Positions 1 to 13,499 of a stretch of DNA of 64,000 bases are shown piece after piece; position 1 is the stretch's first letter, and each line of letters begins with the position of its first letter. The translations under genes were made by a program, and so were the position numbers. The stretch lies in contig NC_043003.1 of NCBI RefSeq assembly GCF_006345805.1, forward strand, positions 85,746,001 through 85,810,000, given 5' to 3'. The DNA is from Octopus sinensis. Lineage: Eukaryota. Under the pieces are notes generated by a model, which saw only the letters and a program-made list of their open reading frames with translations, searched no databases and had not been told where the DNA came from.

Positions 1-276
1 GAATGAATTGACGGCAATCTATCATACAATTTTAAGTTAGCTACGGACGTACGTTTCGAAATCAAGTTTTTAGGAAAGCATAAGAATTAAATATTAAATA
101 TTAAATAATTCTATCTCTATCTCGCGGGTGGGAAGGGGCTGGTGACACAATCTTTTCATTCAAACATTGAATTTGGTGATACTAGTTGCGGGTTCTAGCT
201 CGCTCTGATACTGAGTTGAGTTGGTGCCTTCTAGTATCTCAAAATTCAATATATAATCATTTATGATTATAGTATT

Positions 277-381
277 CTACGCTGAAGAGAAAAGAAGTTT
301 TGGTGAGATAGAATTATTTAATATTTAATATTTAATTCTTATGCTTTCCTAAAAACTTGATTTCGAAACGTACGTCCGTAG
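277..381 (+). ncRNA. Type I hammerhead ribozyme with long stem II (copy 1)
   Basis: CTACG - CTGAAGA (282-288) - GAAA...TTTC stem II with inner AAGTTTT/AAAACTT and AGAATTA/TAATTCT helices - GAAAC GTAC GTC (365-376) - CGTAG. Core is complete, stem I is 5 bp, predicted cleavage is after C376. Confidence 0.85.
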
Positions 382-869
382 CTAACTTAAAATTGTATGA
401 TAGATTGCCGTCAATTCATTCTCTCTTACCTGTTTGTGTCTGCCTTCCAATTGCTGTTTTTACTGAGATCTCCCTTTTTAGTAGAAGAAATAGCTATAAC
501 TCTTTGACTGCTATTTCTAAATTCGGTATGTGGTAAGGCAATTCGTTGCTAAACCTTTATTGCTTAGTTACTTAAATTTTCCTCGAATGAGGCTTTTACA
601 TGCCGAAGACTACTTGGTGTAATTGATAATTATTCCAAATTAATTAATTTCACCCTTCATTATTACGGATACCATATTTTATCTCAGTAGATGACCACAG
701 CATCTTGTTTTGGCTACACGCGGGTGGGAAGGGGCTGGTGACACAATCTTTTCATTCAAACATTGAATTGGTGATACTAGTTGCGGGTTCTAGCTCGCTC
801 TGATACTGAGTTGAGTTGGTGCCTTCTAGTATCTCAAAATTATATATAATCATTTATGATTATAGTATT

Positions 870-974
870 CTACGCTGAAGAGAAAAGAAGTTTTGGTGAG
901 ATAGAATTATTTAATATTTAATATTTAATTCTTATGCTTTCCTAAAAACTTGATTTCGAAACGTACGTCCGTAG
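870..974 (+). ncRNA. Type I hammerhead ribozyme (copy 2)
   Basis: Same sequence as 277-381; CTGAAGA at 875-881, GUC triplet at 967-969. Confidence 0.85.
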
Positions 975-1237
975 CTAACTTAAAATTGTATGATAGATTG
1001 CCGTCAATTCATTCTCTCTTACCTGTTGTGTCTGCCTTCCAATAATTGCTGTTTTTACTGAGGATCACCTTTTAGTAGAAGAGAAATAGCTATAACTCTT
1101 TGACTGCTATTCTAAATTCGGTATGTGTGTGTGTGTGTGTATATACACACACACACATTCTACATATGCACAGACACTCAGTGATGATGATGATGATGAT
1201 ATAATAAAAATAGCAACAACAACAGTAGTGATAATTA

Positions 1238-1490
1238 TAATGGACTCAATCGTCGAAGACGACGTTCAGTCTTTGCCGAACAACCTACAAAAATGATTTG
1301 TTTATAGTGATCAAATGCATGTGCTGTACCTTAGCTCACTCTTTCTATCAAAATAACGTTGCCTGAACAGGTGCACGGTCTACCACGCGTCAGGTGTCGA
1401 AGTGATCTCAGAACAAGGTGAGATGAAGTTGTCTAGGAATCGCAGCCACGATTTCGCGATCGTGAGTGCAACGTCCTAACCATTAAATTT
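1238..1490 (-). mobile_element. Decayed tRNA-derived SINE
   Basis: The minus-strand start TGGTTAGGACGTTGCACTCACGATCGCGAAATCGTGGCTGCGATTCC resembles a tRNA-like A/B-box head. Confidence 0.45.
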
Positions 1491-1917
1491 TAATGTAACT
1501 GGCTGAGTATTCCATATACACACACTTGTATCTTTAATGTAATTCTCAAGGGGAATCAACATGACTGTGGAAAGGTTGCCCCTTTAAATTACAAGCGGAG
1601 TCAATCCGGGGTGAGGAAAGGCTTCTGCAGTTTTCGTTTACTGAGTTTCACATTCAAATCTTGGGCCAAACTAAGGCTTTGGCAAAAGACACTGGCCTGG
1701 GATGCCACACAGTGGGATCAAGCCCGGTCTCTTACCATTGCAAGCGAACTTCTTAACCATACAGTCATGCTTGCCTCTAGATGTATATATACGTACTTAT
1801 TCGCTGACGCACGCACCCCCCCATACGCCCCCACACCCTCGCGCACTCACACATATGTAAATATACATGCATACATACACATACATACATACATACATAC
1901 ATCCATACATACATACA

Positions 1918-1950
<33 letters not shown>

Positions 1951-1959
1951 TTATATAAA

Positions 1960-2735
1960 GTATTGGATATGGATTCAGAGAATCGTGTTGCTATGACAGC
2001 AAAGAAACGCAATGTGTCCCTTTCCACGGTGTTCAGAGCTGAGAACAGGAACCTTGGGATGACTAGCTATGTTCGACGATTCCGTCTTCTATGAGCCAAG
2101 GCCAAAGCAATCAGAGTCGAGAGATGCCCAAAGCTTCTGACATTCATGAAGCAACAAGGTGCAGGGGGACTCTCGCGTTTGTGGACGAGAAGTTCACTGC
2201 GGACGCTGAGGTGAATCGCAGAAATTCTCGAGTCATTGCATAGAAACCTGATGTCCCCACTGTGTTTGAGACTAAGAATCCTGCCTCTATGATGGTATTT
2301 GGAGTCGTGGCGAGTGATGGAAATGTCATGGGTACATACTTCATTGAGTCTGGCTTGAAGTTCGGCACAAAGGAGTATATGGACTTCTTGAAGAACTCTC
2401 TGTTACCTTGGATGGAGTAGAAGTTTGGGCTTGGCAATGTCATACTTTTCCAGGGTTTTGGACCATGCAATGTGTCAAAAGCAACACAGGACTTCTTTGG
2501 TGAGAAGGTGCCATTTTTTTGTGAGAGCTAATATCTGGCCCAGTAATAGCCCAGATCTCAACCTTCTCGATTACTTTTTATGGGACGTACTTCAAGCAAG
2601 GACCTGCATTGTGCTTGCAACACACAAAATTAAAAAGGCGGAGGTTGCGGCAGCTAGAGAAAAAATTGCTAACGTCTGGAGGCAGTAATTGCCCAAAAGG
2701 GCGGTCATATTGAGTGATAAATGTTCTTGTTGTAA
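1960..2735 (+). pseudogene. Tc1/mariner transposase relic, maT (DD37D)-like
   Basis: Broken frames give VDEKFTADAEVNRRNSRVI, KNPASMMVFGVVASDGNVM and WPSNSPDLNLLDYFLW, with stops and frameshifts. TIRs not found. Confidence 0.8.
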
Positions 2736-2779
2736 TAAATGTTACATTAAAATTATATCTGTCTACTACCATTGTTTTA

Positions 2780-2829
<50 letters not shown>

Positions 2830-3011
2830 TTTTATGCAACGTAAAAATTGTCTCAATTTATCTACAAAACCCTACCAACAAAGCCTGCCTGATGAGTAGG
2901 TTGGTTTCTGGCACCCTGAGGGATGTAAAGCAAAACTCGTGAAATGGCAGATGAAGTCGGAAAAGTCAACGGCCGTCCTATTACATGATACCTGTATGTA
3001 TGTATGTATGT

Positions 3012-3083
<72 letters not shown>

Positions 3084-4245
3084 GTATGTATACAAGTATG
3101 TATGTATGTGTGTATGTGTGTATGTATGTATGCATGTATGTATGTGTGTATGTGTGTGTGTATGTATGTGCGAGGACTTAGAAATATCTGGTTTGATACC
3201 CAGGTGCGCATTTATTCTACCAAGGTGGCAAAGGCAACTAATCCAGGAGATGGAGAACTCTAATAGTAAAGCCTGAGGGATGTTCATTGAATTTATACAC
3301 TTGCTAGCTTCCGGTATACGGAGCTTTTAACTGGTAGCACTTGCATGTGCAAGTTGTTTGCAAGACGACATTGGTAAACAATTGCACCAACGTTTTGTTA
3401 TCAATATTTCCAAAAACTGAGGCTGGTCTTACACAAGCCTCCATTACTAAAAACAGATAATTTGTGATGGGAGTCTAACAGCTAGATTGTTGGATCTTCG
3501 TGTGTCTAAATCAACGGGGGAATCCATTATTCACCATTATTTCATCTTTTCGGGGTCAAATCCTGGAGTCAATATAATCGACTAGACCCTTCCCCCAAAG
3601 TTTCAAGCCTTGTACCTATAGTAGAAAGGATTATACATATAAGCACATGCATTCACAAACAGGCGTACATATGTGCACATAAACGCACCCACGTACGAAC
3701 GCACGCATGCATGCACGCCTCCCCAACAATGGTCGTACTTTGATTTCGAGCAATACCATCCTTGAGTGTGTTCTCGTAAACGGGAGCAGGACAGATGTGG
3801 ATTTACAGTGATCTCAACAGATGTCACTAGTGATCTAAATTAATTAAAAACATAAGTGGCAACGATGAGTGCCTCTTGCCGCAGGTGTTCAGAGAGCTTA
3901 CAACATACGCTGACACATGCTTTCATTCCTTCATGAAATTTTTCATTGACAGTTTTACTTTTCTCGGTTACAGCCAGCCATAGTACGCAACTCAGTAGAG
4001 ATGTTAAAAATCAAGCGATACATGAGCATGAAGCTTTTTAAACAAATATAAGCATACATACATGCATATATGTATTTATGTATGTGTGCATATGTGTGTG
4101 CGTGTATGTATGTATGTATGTATGTATGTATGTATGTATGTATGTGTGTATGTATATATATATATATATATAGTTTGTGTGTGTATGTGTATGTGTGTGT
4201 GTGTGTCTGTGTGTGTGTGTATTTATGTATGTGTGTATGGTTATA

Positions 4246-5001
4246 CACTGCTGGACAAAATATTAAGACCAGTGAAAAAACTGCCGACAATTAACTCCTT
4301 GCAGACCGATATATTCGACTACTTTTCATCAGAGATTCATTATTGGCTAACGGAAAAAGATATACTAAAACCTAAAGAAATGTGCGTTTAAAATTTAACG
4401 CACAAAATATGCATTGTATGAAAACTAACAATATTTTGCCTAGACAAAAGTTTAAAATCATGACAAATAGCAACCGAAAACAATGGATAAATACTAAAAT
4501 AAAGTGGGCTCAATAGTTAGTCGCTCCACCATTCCTGCGAATAGCTTAAAAAATTGGCTGTGGTATACTCGACGCAAGCGTTTGCAGGAGGTTGTCTGGA
4601 ATGTTACGCCTCGAGGTGAAGACTGCCGAGTGAAGAGCATTCACAGTCTCAAACTGCGTCTCATTTTTGTAGACATCTCTTGCCATTCATCCCCAAAGAT
4701 TTTTCGTTAGAGTTTAGGTCAGGAGAACATGGAAGATGATTCAAAAGTTGAACGTCATTTGTTATTGTTATTTGCCCTGAAGAAATCATTTGGCTTTCGA
4801 GTATTATGGATTGTAGCATTATCCTATTGATAAATCTTGTCTTCTTCATCCAAACGAGGGCCTTCAGTCAAGAGTGATGTCCGCTCCAACATGACAACAT
4901 AGCAATTATGAATCTATAATGAAAAATTGTCGAACATATCGGTCTGCAAGGAGTTCATTTCGGCAGGATTTTCACTGGTCTTCAGATTTTGTCCAGCAGT
5001 G
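4246..5001 (-). mobile_element. Internally deleted Tc1-like element with ~110-bp TIRs and TA target duplication
   Basis: TA|CACTGCTGGACAAAA... and ...TTTTGTCCAGCAGTG|TA. Minus-strand remnants Q*DNATIH and LPCSPDLN. Confidence 0.85.
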
Positions 5002-5954
5002 TACAAGAGTGTATAAGATAAAGTAGATAAGAGTATTATTGTAATAAATACATCTATGGAAGAAATCGCAATTGGAATTTAAATTAAATGTGTAAGTGCA
5101 GGATTCAACTACCTGTAATAACAATGAACAACGAAAGCGGTTGAATGTAGAACGAAAAGTGTGGGATTTACAATTACTTATACAATACATCTGTGAGATT
5201 ACAATGTAGTATGGACTATTTGTGTAATAGTTCAGAAAATACCTAAAGGCATTGTTTTCTCTTCTTAATATTTAAGACGGATTTCATAAGACTTCAAGGA
5301 AGAATGAAAGACATTTGTTAACTGTATTATATACAAGTAAATACATGCACATGTATACAAATGAATACATGTATAGGTATTCATGTGAGTGTGTATATAT
5401 GTTGTTGTATGTGTGTGTATTTGTGTGGGTGTATGTCTATATATATACAGATATATTTTTCTTACCTTCTGTGTGCAAAGGAAGGTGGGTAGCGCCATTA
5501 TTCTTTGTGGACATTTTATTACCGGTGAAGATTGAAACTGTTAATGTTCCGCTTAAATTGTTGTAGTTAAACACTTGCAAGAAAGACATGAACATCGGAG
5601 AGTTTCCAAATAGATAATATTTTGGGCAAGGAGGGTTGGGAATATTGACTTTGAGGGTCCTGGAGAGTTCGGCGGGAGAACACTAGAAGGGTGTTGGTGA
5701 TAGAAGTGGGTTGGGGTACCTGAGTAGAGAAAGTACAAGGTCAGACAGCATCGAGGAACTAAGGCCATTAGAGTAGCAACTGAAGAAGACAGAGAGAGGA
5801 GATAGCACACCGGTAAATCAGAGGATGTTACTTGCCTCTTAGTGAATTAATGCCAAACAATCAAGTGACCTATCTCTGGATACGATTCTGGATGTTTGTG
5901 TGTGTGTAATAGCTGTACCGTTGCAGATGTGGTAGCAATATTCCGTTGTGGGAA

Positions 5955-6178
5955 AGAGGTGAGCGGGTAGGATCGTTACTGCGCCAGAAAGATGCTTAGC
6001 ACCAGTTCTTCCGATTTTACATTCTGAGTTCAAATACATTCTGAGTTCAAAGGGTTCGACTTTGCCTTTCATCCTTTCGGGATCGATAAAATAAATACCA
6101 GCTGAGTACTGGGGTCAAATGTCATCGACTTTCACTCTCCCACAATTCCTGGCCATGTGCCAAAACTTGAAACCAATA
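5955..6178 (+). mobile_element. tRNA-derived SINE, family A (diverged)
   Basis: Shares ttctgagttcaaa...cgactttgcctttcatcctttcggg.tcgataaaataa.taccag with 54198-54427 and 54932-55164. Confidence 0.75.
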
Positions 6179-6280
6179 TTCCTTTATAGGTCCAGCTTGA
6201 GAATTGTAAAATGTTAGCATCTGGTAAGGACCAGAATGTTTTCTGACTGAAAAGAGGTTTATGATGGAATCCTTATTGTG

Positions 6281-6312
<32 letters not shown>

Positions 6313-6837
6313 AAGAAAAAGAGAAAGAAAGTGAGAGAGCGAGAGGGCATTAGAGAGACAGAGAGGGGAGTGAGAGGAAGACGGATAGGGAGAGAAATGG
6401 AGAGATAGAAAAAGAGAAGGAGAGAGAGAAGAGAGAAAGGAAGAGAGGGAGACAGATCGTTCATTTTATCAGTAGATATTTTAAATATTACAATGTAATA
6501 ATATCTTATGAAGTTTGTAAGAAGACAAGTTGATTAGGGAGTTCGAACAATTCAATGTAAATGCAGTTTACCTAAGAAAAATAAACATAAAACACAAATC
6601 ATTGTGCACTTAATACTAATATATTTTTGCCGATGACTTATTCTGTCGGTAGTATTTTTGGTTAACCTTTTACACTAATATATTAAGTGCATCTTACGTA
6701 AACGAAGCGTGATTTTTTTTTCAGTGACGTTATATGTTAAGTCGATTTCGTTAGTTGATGTATCGATAACAAATCATTGTCAGTGAAAAAAAAAACAAAA
6801 AAAAATAAAATCAAGCAAAACAATCTTATTAGTGATT

Positions 6838-6883
<46 letters not shown>

Positions 6884-7380
6884 ATCTTTAGTAAAGTATT
6901 ACATATTTAAAAACAAAAAAGGAATATAAATGGCCTTTCTGATAATTTTTATTACCTGGTGGCTTTTAAGCTAGAATATAGCTTTTAAGAAAATGGCCCT
7001 GAATGGGAAGATCTGCAAACAGAACTCTGATTTGTTTTGGTGAATTTGTTGCGGTTGCTTTCTCCAGAGTCATATCCCAATGATGATCATATTCATCGCA
7101 AAAAATCAGGTAAAACAAATAGCCAAAAACAATCGCAGTAAGGAAAAATATAAGAATCCAAAATTTTAGAATTGCAGGTCCAGATTCGGCCTTCAATGTT
7201 TTTAATTTACTCAGGGAGTCATCCTGATTCCAAAGGGGTATGATTTTTTTGGGCTACGGCCTCTAGGAGTAAAGTTGTAAAAGTTTAACACAATTACACA
7301 GTAACATTCACATTCATTATATTAATTTATATTATATTATATTATATTATATTATATTATATTATATTATATTATATTTA

Positions 7381-7695
7381 GGCGGCGAGCTGGCAGAATC
7401 GTTAGCACGCCCGACCAAAGCCTTGTGAGTCGATTTGGTAGACGGAAACAGAAAGAAGCCCGTCATATATATGTATATTTATAAGTGTGTGTGTGTCTGT
7501 GTTTGTCCCCCAACATCGCTTGACAATCGATACTGGTGGGTTAACGACCCCGTAACTTAGCCCTTCGGCAAAAGAGACCGATAGAATAAGCACTAAGCTT
7601 ACAAAGAATAAGTCCTGGGGTCGATTTTCTCGACTAAAGGCGGTGCTCCAGCATGGCCACAGTCAAATGACTGAAACAAGTAAAAGATTAAAGAG
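7381..7695 (+). mobile_element. Chimeric SINE: family-A head on a family-B body and tail
   Basis: ggcggcgagctggcagaatcgttagcacgcc fused to ccgaccaaagccttgtgag...ggcggtgctccagcatggccacagtcaaatgactgaaacaag. Confidence 0.8.
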
Positions 7696-8279
7696 TGTAT
7701 TACTAAACGTAGATATATAAGCAATAGTGACAATAGAGAATATGGAGACTGGTACAACCTCAGAATTCATTTCCTTTCATTTTATGGTTTTGACGACTTA
7801 GACGTGTTCCACTGCACAGCGTATGGGCAGTTGCACATGCAACCGGTCATAATTTTTTGTGCAGCTTCTTTTAATGATATTTTGTGCATCTTCTTTTAAA
7901 ATTCTTTTGTGCAGCTAGAGCCTTCCATTGGTTCTTTGACCAAATTATACATGCATAAATACACATACGCATGTGCACCCACGCCTGCGGTTAAAAGTTT
8001 GGGCACCCGCTAAAGCCCACCTCTAAGCATCTATATTATGGAACTATCCGTACAAAGATCTTTATGTTGCTGAGGAAATTCAGACTGGAGAGTGAATTTT
8101 GTCGTGTATATACTTCTTTTCTAATCAGTTATAGTATATAATATAAAAGCAGAGAGTTTACAGTATACATAACAATGTTATTTATGATCTAAAAATATAT
8201 TCTATAATACGGTATATAGAATTGAAACAAAATACTTTTCCTAAACCAGTAATTAAATATATGTATGTATATATGTCTG

Positions 8280-8342
<63 letters not shown>

Positions 8343-8348
8343 TTATCT

Positions 8349-9886
8349 GAGATAACGAGTAGGGTGGTCACTCTCGCCCAGCAATGGGCCAAGAGGAAAC
8401 TGTCCCTAAAAGGTCGGGCGGAGGTGGTGAACGCGTACATCGCGTCCATCATCTACTACCGCCTGACCGTCGTACCTTGTCCCGACCCTACCATCACCAA
8501 ACTAGAACGCATCCTCTTCCGCTTCTTGTGGAAAGGATGCGTCCCGATGGTCAGGCGATCCATTTGCTGTCAACACCCGTTAAAAGGAGGGCTGGGCATG
8601 CCGTGGTTGATGATGCGCAGACACGCGCTGAGACTGCGACATCTCCGGCTCTATGTAGACGACGGTGAACAGGTGTGGTCGCCGTTTGTGAGGCACGCAT
8701 TCCCGCAACTCGTCTCCATGACCGAACTACAGTCGTGGATCAAAAAGAGGCCGAAGAAGGGCGAATGGCACCGCGAGTGTCGCGTTGCTCTCAAGCAACT
8801 CTGCCGTCCCGGGTCGACCTTGAGTGACTTCAACACAACCAAAGCATTCTATAGGGGATTAGTGGAGGGGAGGTACGACGACGAGCTCGGGGCCTACCTG
8901 GGCGTCGACGAGGAATACCTGACCCGCCTGTTTCAAACGACTTTCGGCCCGGGACCTATGGACAACTTCCAGAGATCCCTGGCCTGGCGGTGCTACCGAG
9001 AAGCGCTACCCGTTCGGGATAAGCTCTATAGGCATGGCTCGAGAAACACGGGGCCGACCTGCCCGAGATGCGGGCAGAGCGACGAAACCGCTCTGCACGC
9101 AATCGTGCAGTGTCCAGCAATTTCCCACCTGTGGGCTTATGTCGAACGACTGCTGTCACGTGTGGGACGTGTCGGTTTATCAGCCGAGTCTATCGTTAAT
9201 ATCGTCACGCCTCCTTCCTTCAAACGGGAAGGAAGAGCTATTTTTATCATACTCGTGGCTATGGCGAAAGAATGTATCTGGTGGACGCGTCTGAAAGGAT
9301 TAGAGACAAACACTTTCCTCTCTGGTCAATCTCTCATCAACTTCTTCAAGTATCACTTGAAGAAAAAAGTGAGAGTAGAGAGGCAAGTTTTGTCTAGTGA
9401 ATGTTTTAAAAAAAGATGGGTGAATGTAGCAAGGATGGCACGTATGAATGACGAAGCCACTTTGACTATGATTCTATGAACCGTAAAAATTAATACAGAG
9501 AGTTGCTTATTTGCAAAAAAAAAAAAAGAAATATAACATGTGACTTCATTGACCGAGGTTACCGTGGTCTTTTCCGTAGGCTTTTCTTTCCACGGGTAAA
9601 CCTCACCTGTCTTCCCCTTTACACTTCATATTGACATTTCTGTGATAACGATCCCTATTGATCAATTTTTTTTCCTCTCCCCCTTTTTTTTTAACCCCCC
9701 CTTTTTTTGTCCTCTTTCTCTCCTTTTACGATCCCTTTTGATCGACTCCCCCTTTTTTATTTTATTTTATTTTTTATTTTATTATTATTATTATTATTAT
9801 TTTTTTTTTTTTAAACCTTCAAAAGAAAAGCTCTACCTTGTAATTTGTTCTATCTGTGTGCAGCCCTGTGTGGCTAATAAAGAAAC
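8349..9886 (+). mobile_element. 5'-truncated L1-clade (Tx1-like) non-LTR retrotransposon inserted in (TATC)n
   Basis: Uninterrupted ORF2 C-terminus (8349-9479) with KLSLKGRAEVVNAYIASII...RFLWKG...KGGLG and a zf-RVT motif WRCYREALPVRDKL...CPRCGQSDETALHAIVQC. The 3' UTR ends AATAAAGAAAC. (TATC)n lies on both sides. Confidence 0.9.
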
Positions 9887-9921
9887 ATATCTATCTATTT
9901 ATCTATCTATCTCTCTATCTG

Positions 9922-10061
<140 letters not shown>

Positions 10062-11035
10062 TCTATCTTCTATCTATCTATCTATCTATCTACATTTACC
10101 AGTGTAACTGAGATTGATGTAACAAATGAATAAAAAGGTTCAAAGGGAAAATGAGAGTGGACTGTCGTTTAACATCTGTTTCATTGGTGACCAATGAAAC
10201 TGGAGCACGTCCGTTCCAACAGAGAATGACAAAGTAAAGTCTAGAGTCGAGAAAATAAAATTCACGTTGTAGCCTGGGTCTATAATAGAATGTTGCACTC
10301 ACTAATTTAGTTGAACAGTTTGCATGATGGTATATAAGCAGATTAGAGATATAGAGAGAAAGAGAAGGAGAGAAGGAAAGAGAAAGATATAAGTGGATAA
10401 ATGCACGTGTCAACTGCCATAGTAGGTTTTTAAAATAGTTGTAATCGAGTCATCAGGTGTTGCAGAAAGTTCATGTTGGCCAATCTAAGTGCTGAAAATG
10501 ATTGGCACTGAACTTAAATTAAACTTCATGTATGACTGCATTTCTCTGTCCATTTGTTCAGCACCGTCAAATCGTGGTCATCTAATTCTGTTCTCCCTCT
10601 CTCTCTGCGATCGTCTGTCTCTCTTCTCAAATCTAGCTTGTTATTTGCTACCATTTTATAAGCTGTGACCTTGCTTAATCGGCGCTTGATTGATTTTCTA
10701 TCAATATTTTCGGATTCTATTGAATTGTTTCCGACGGCCATCAAAGAGTACGATGTATAGTTGTTGATTGGTTAGATTTTGCTGACGTCATCTCATTCGC
10801 AAAATGTTTTGGCAAGATTCCATACATTTCAAGCTGATAACAAAGTTATTCTAATTAAATAAAAAGCAATTCAAGTTCGATTTGAGACAGTGACCTGTTA
10901 CACACACGCAAACACATACTTACATACATACAAACATACACACACACCATCGTGCGCACGCGTACTCACACGTTTTTCATCATGCTGAACCGTTAATCTC
11001 TAGACATTTTCTCTCTTCGCTTTTTCCCCTCTTAA

Positions 11036-11075
11036 TTCGTTCTGACGAAGAGCGTAGGCTCGAAACGTCAAAGAC
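11036..11075 (+). ncRNA. Minimal type I hammerhead motif (Penelope-type)
   Basis: CTGACGA (11042-48) - A - GAGC gtag GCTC - GAAAC GTC - AAAGAC. Stem III is reduced to the palindrome ACGT; stem I is imperfect. Confidence 0.6.
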
Positions 11076-11544
11076 ATTTCCATTCTTTCAGCTCGTTAAA
11101 CTAATACACCTGCTAGTTGTTCCTTCACCTGTCTTCAACTTCTATCTTCTGGAAATTTGAACTACACAAACACCCCTCCCCCACATATTTATATGTTGGT
11201 GTACGATTTCTTCCTTGTGATCTGAGAAAAGGTCTGCACGGACCATCATGTATGCTTCAGAGCCACCAGCCTCTGTGAAAGAGAAGGAAACCTCTTGCTA
11301 CCAAGGACCTATTCTGTGTCAAGAAACGTCGCTGGAAACGACGCCGCATTATTCTGGATATATAATAGATCAGTAATGTAGGACAAACCTAATATTCTCA
11401 ATTTAGTATGCGATCACTTTGACATCTGACGCGTAAAACATCGTTCACCTCAATAGGCTATACCAGTTTAATAGGGAGGGGGAGTAAGCTAATTTACAGT
11501 AGACGCATTTGATCACACACACACACATGCACACACATCTTTCT

Positions 11545-11930
11545 TTTATCTTTTACTTGTTTCAGTCATTAGACTGCAGCCATGCTGGGGCACCGCCTTG
11601 AAGAATCTTTTAGACGAGTGAATCAACCCCAGTATTTATTTTTTCAGCCTGGCACTTATTCTATCGGTCTCTTTTGCCGAACTGCTAAGTTATGTGGATC
11701 TAAACACGGTTGTGAGGAGGGGGGAGCAAACACAGACACAAAGACACATGCGAACACACATATATAACGGGCTTCTTTCAGCTTCCGTCTACGAAATCCA
11801 CTCACAAGGCTTTGATCGGCCCGAGGCTATGGTAGAAGACACTTGCCCAAGGTCCTGCGCAGTGGGATTGAACCGGAAATGATGTGGTTGAGAAGCAAGC
11901 ATTTTACCACACGGTCACACCTGCACCTAT
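11545..11930 (-). mobile_element. SINE family B
   Basis: Reverse complement of the head, the ccgaccaaagcc body and the ggcggtgccccagcatgg tail seen at 23535-24018. Confidence 0.8.
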
Positions 11931-12087
11931 ACACAAACACGCACACATACACACGTACGGACGCACGGATGCACGGACACACAAAAATTTAAGACCCGTA
12001 GGAACATCGTATTTCGTTATGCAACTATAATATACTACAAAGTATATTAAACGTTCTTGTTAATCAATATATATATACATACATGCA

Positions 12088-12144
<57 letters not shown>

Positions 12145-12154
12145 CATACGTGCA

Positions 12155-12194
<40 letters not shown>

Positions 12195-12198
12195 CGTG

Positions 12199-12230
<32 letters not shown>

Positions 12231-12235
<5 letters not shown>

Positions 12236-12410
12236 AGGGCTTAGTAAAATAAATTACTTTGCCACATACAGTATGTGGCAAAGTGATTTATTTTACTAAG
12301 CCCTTATATATAATGTAATATTTTGAATTCGCCTATAATGGTCCCTTTACATACTGAATACTTGGTGAAATTGATTAATAATTAATTAATTTTACCCTCA
12401 ATTGTTGAAA
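12231..12410 (+). repeat. (TA)n-flanked fold-back element, family P1
   Basis: 12231-12309 is a hairpin with ~38-bp arms and 1 mismatch. Its extension (tttacatactgaatacttggtgaaatt...aattaattttaccct) is homologous to 595-660 and 18550-18610. Confidence 0.75.
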
Positions 12411-12424
12411 TTATATATATATAT

Positions 12425-12810
12425 ATATATATATATAAATTTAACAATTAAGGATAAAATCTTAATAAGAAATCTTAACAAGAAATTATCAGGTAGTTAG
12501 CGTGAAAAACCTCAGAAGAGAAAAAAATCTGAAAACTTTTTCACTTGAAAATATTTATTTATCTTATATAGAGGGCATTATTACACATAAATGCCACACG
12601 CTAGGAGGGACTTTCAAAGTCATTACTACCAAAAATAAACGAATCGTACCGAATGCAGCTCTCGAAGCAAGACATTTAAAAACAGGATTTTGTTTTTAAA
12701 TGTCTTGCTTCGAGAGCTGCATTCAGTACGATTCGTTTATTTTTGGTAGTAATGACTTTGAAAGTCCCTCCTAGCGTGTGGCATTTATGTGTAATAATGT
12801 CCTCTATATA
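12425..12810 (-). repeat. (TA)n-flanked fold-back element, family P2
   Basis: 12565-12810 is a palindrome with ~118-bp arms and 2 mismatches; the left arm extends to 12425. Homologous to 19190-19570. Confidence 0.8.
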
Positions 12811-12834
12811 ATATATATATATATATATATATAG

Positions 12835-13030
12835 ACATATATCGCCATGATTGCTCGTTAGCCACTGCACACATTTACTTTTCTCCTTGTTTTTTCTGTG
12901 TACGTTTCTGTAGAAAAGCGTAGGCTCGGAACGTAAAAGACTTTTTCTATTGCTGAGCGTTATACTAATACGTCTGTTTGTTTTGTACACCACCTGTCTT
13001 CGTCCTTTGTTTTTTCGTAAACTCTCCCTT
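12835..13030 (+). repeat. Repeat related to the 11.0-11.16-kb element, with a decayed hammerhead at 12903-12941
   Basis: CTGTAGA-AAAGCGTAGGCTC-GGAACGTA-AAAGAC aligns with 11042-11075. Downstream ta(a/t)actaatac...cacctgtcttc is also shared. Confidence 0.65.
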
Positions 13031-13037
13031 TATATAT

Positions 13038-13097
<60 letters not shown>

Positions 13098-13207
13098 TAT
13101 ATATATATGTGTATGTATGTATATATATATCATTGAATGATATATATATATATATGTGCATATACATATGTATACATACATATAAACGTATACATGCATA
13201 TATACGT

Positions 13208-13291
<84 letters not shown>

Positions 13292-13499
13292 TGTATGTGT
13301 GTGTATGTGTGTGCGTATACATATACATATATATATATACAGAGAGAGAGAGAAAGAGAGAGAGAGAGATGTATATCTATGTACACACATGCACACACAT
13401 ATGTATATATTTGTTTGCTTATACGTAAGATTGCGTGTGTCTACATTTATATGAATATGTATCTCGTGGTTTGTGAGTTGACTTGTGTTTATTTGCTTC

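Larger units (their letters stand above)
123..1127 (+). repeat. ~595-bp tandem unit (1.7 copies) carrying a hammerhead; Penelope pseudo-LTR or retrozyme-like
   Basis: 123-~530 repeats at 719-~1127 with a few indels and ends in (TG)n. Bases 1-117 are a perfect inverted copy of 305-421. Confidence 0.8.

Noticed and set aside
2887-2955. CTGATGAG...GAAA motif
   Set aside because: No stem III or NUH triplet follows GAAA.
6966-7196. ORF with a TM-like stretch (FWILIFFLTAIVFGYLFYLIF)
   Set aside because: No recognisable family, TTG start, weak splice context. T-rich strands yield F/L/I runs by chance. RNA-seq would settle it.
10765-10792. ATTGG plus TGACGTCA (CCAAT/CRE) as a promoter
   Set aside because: Short motifs expected by chance, with no associated gene start.
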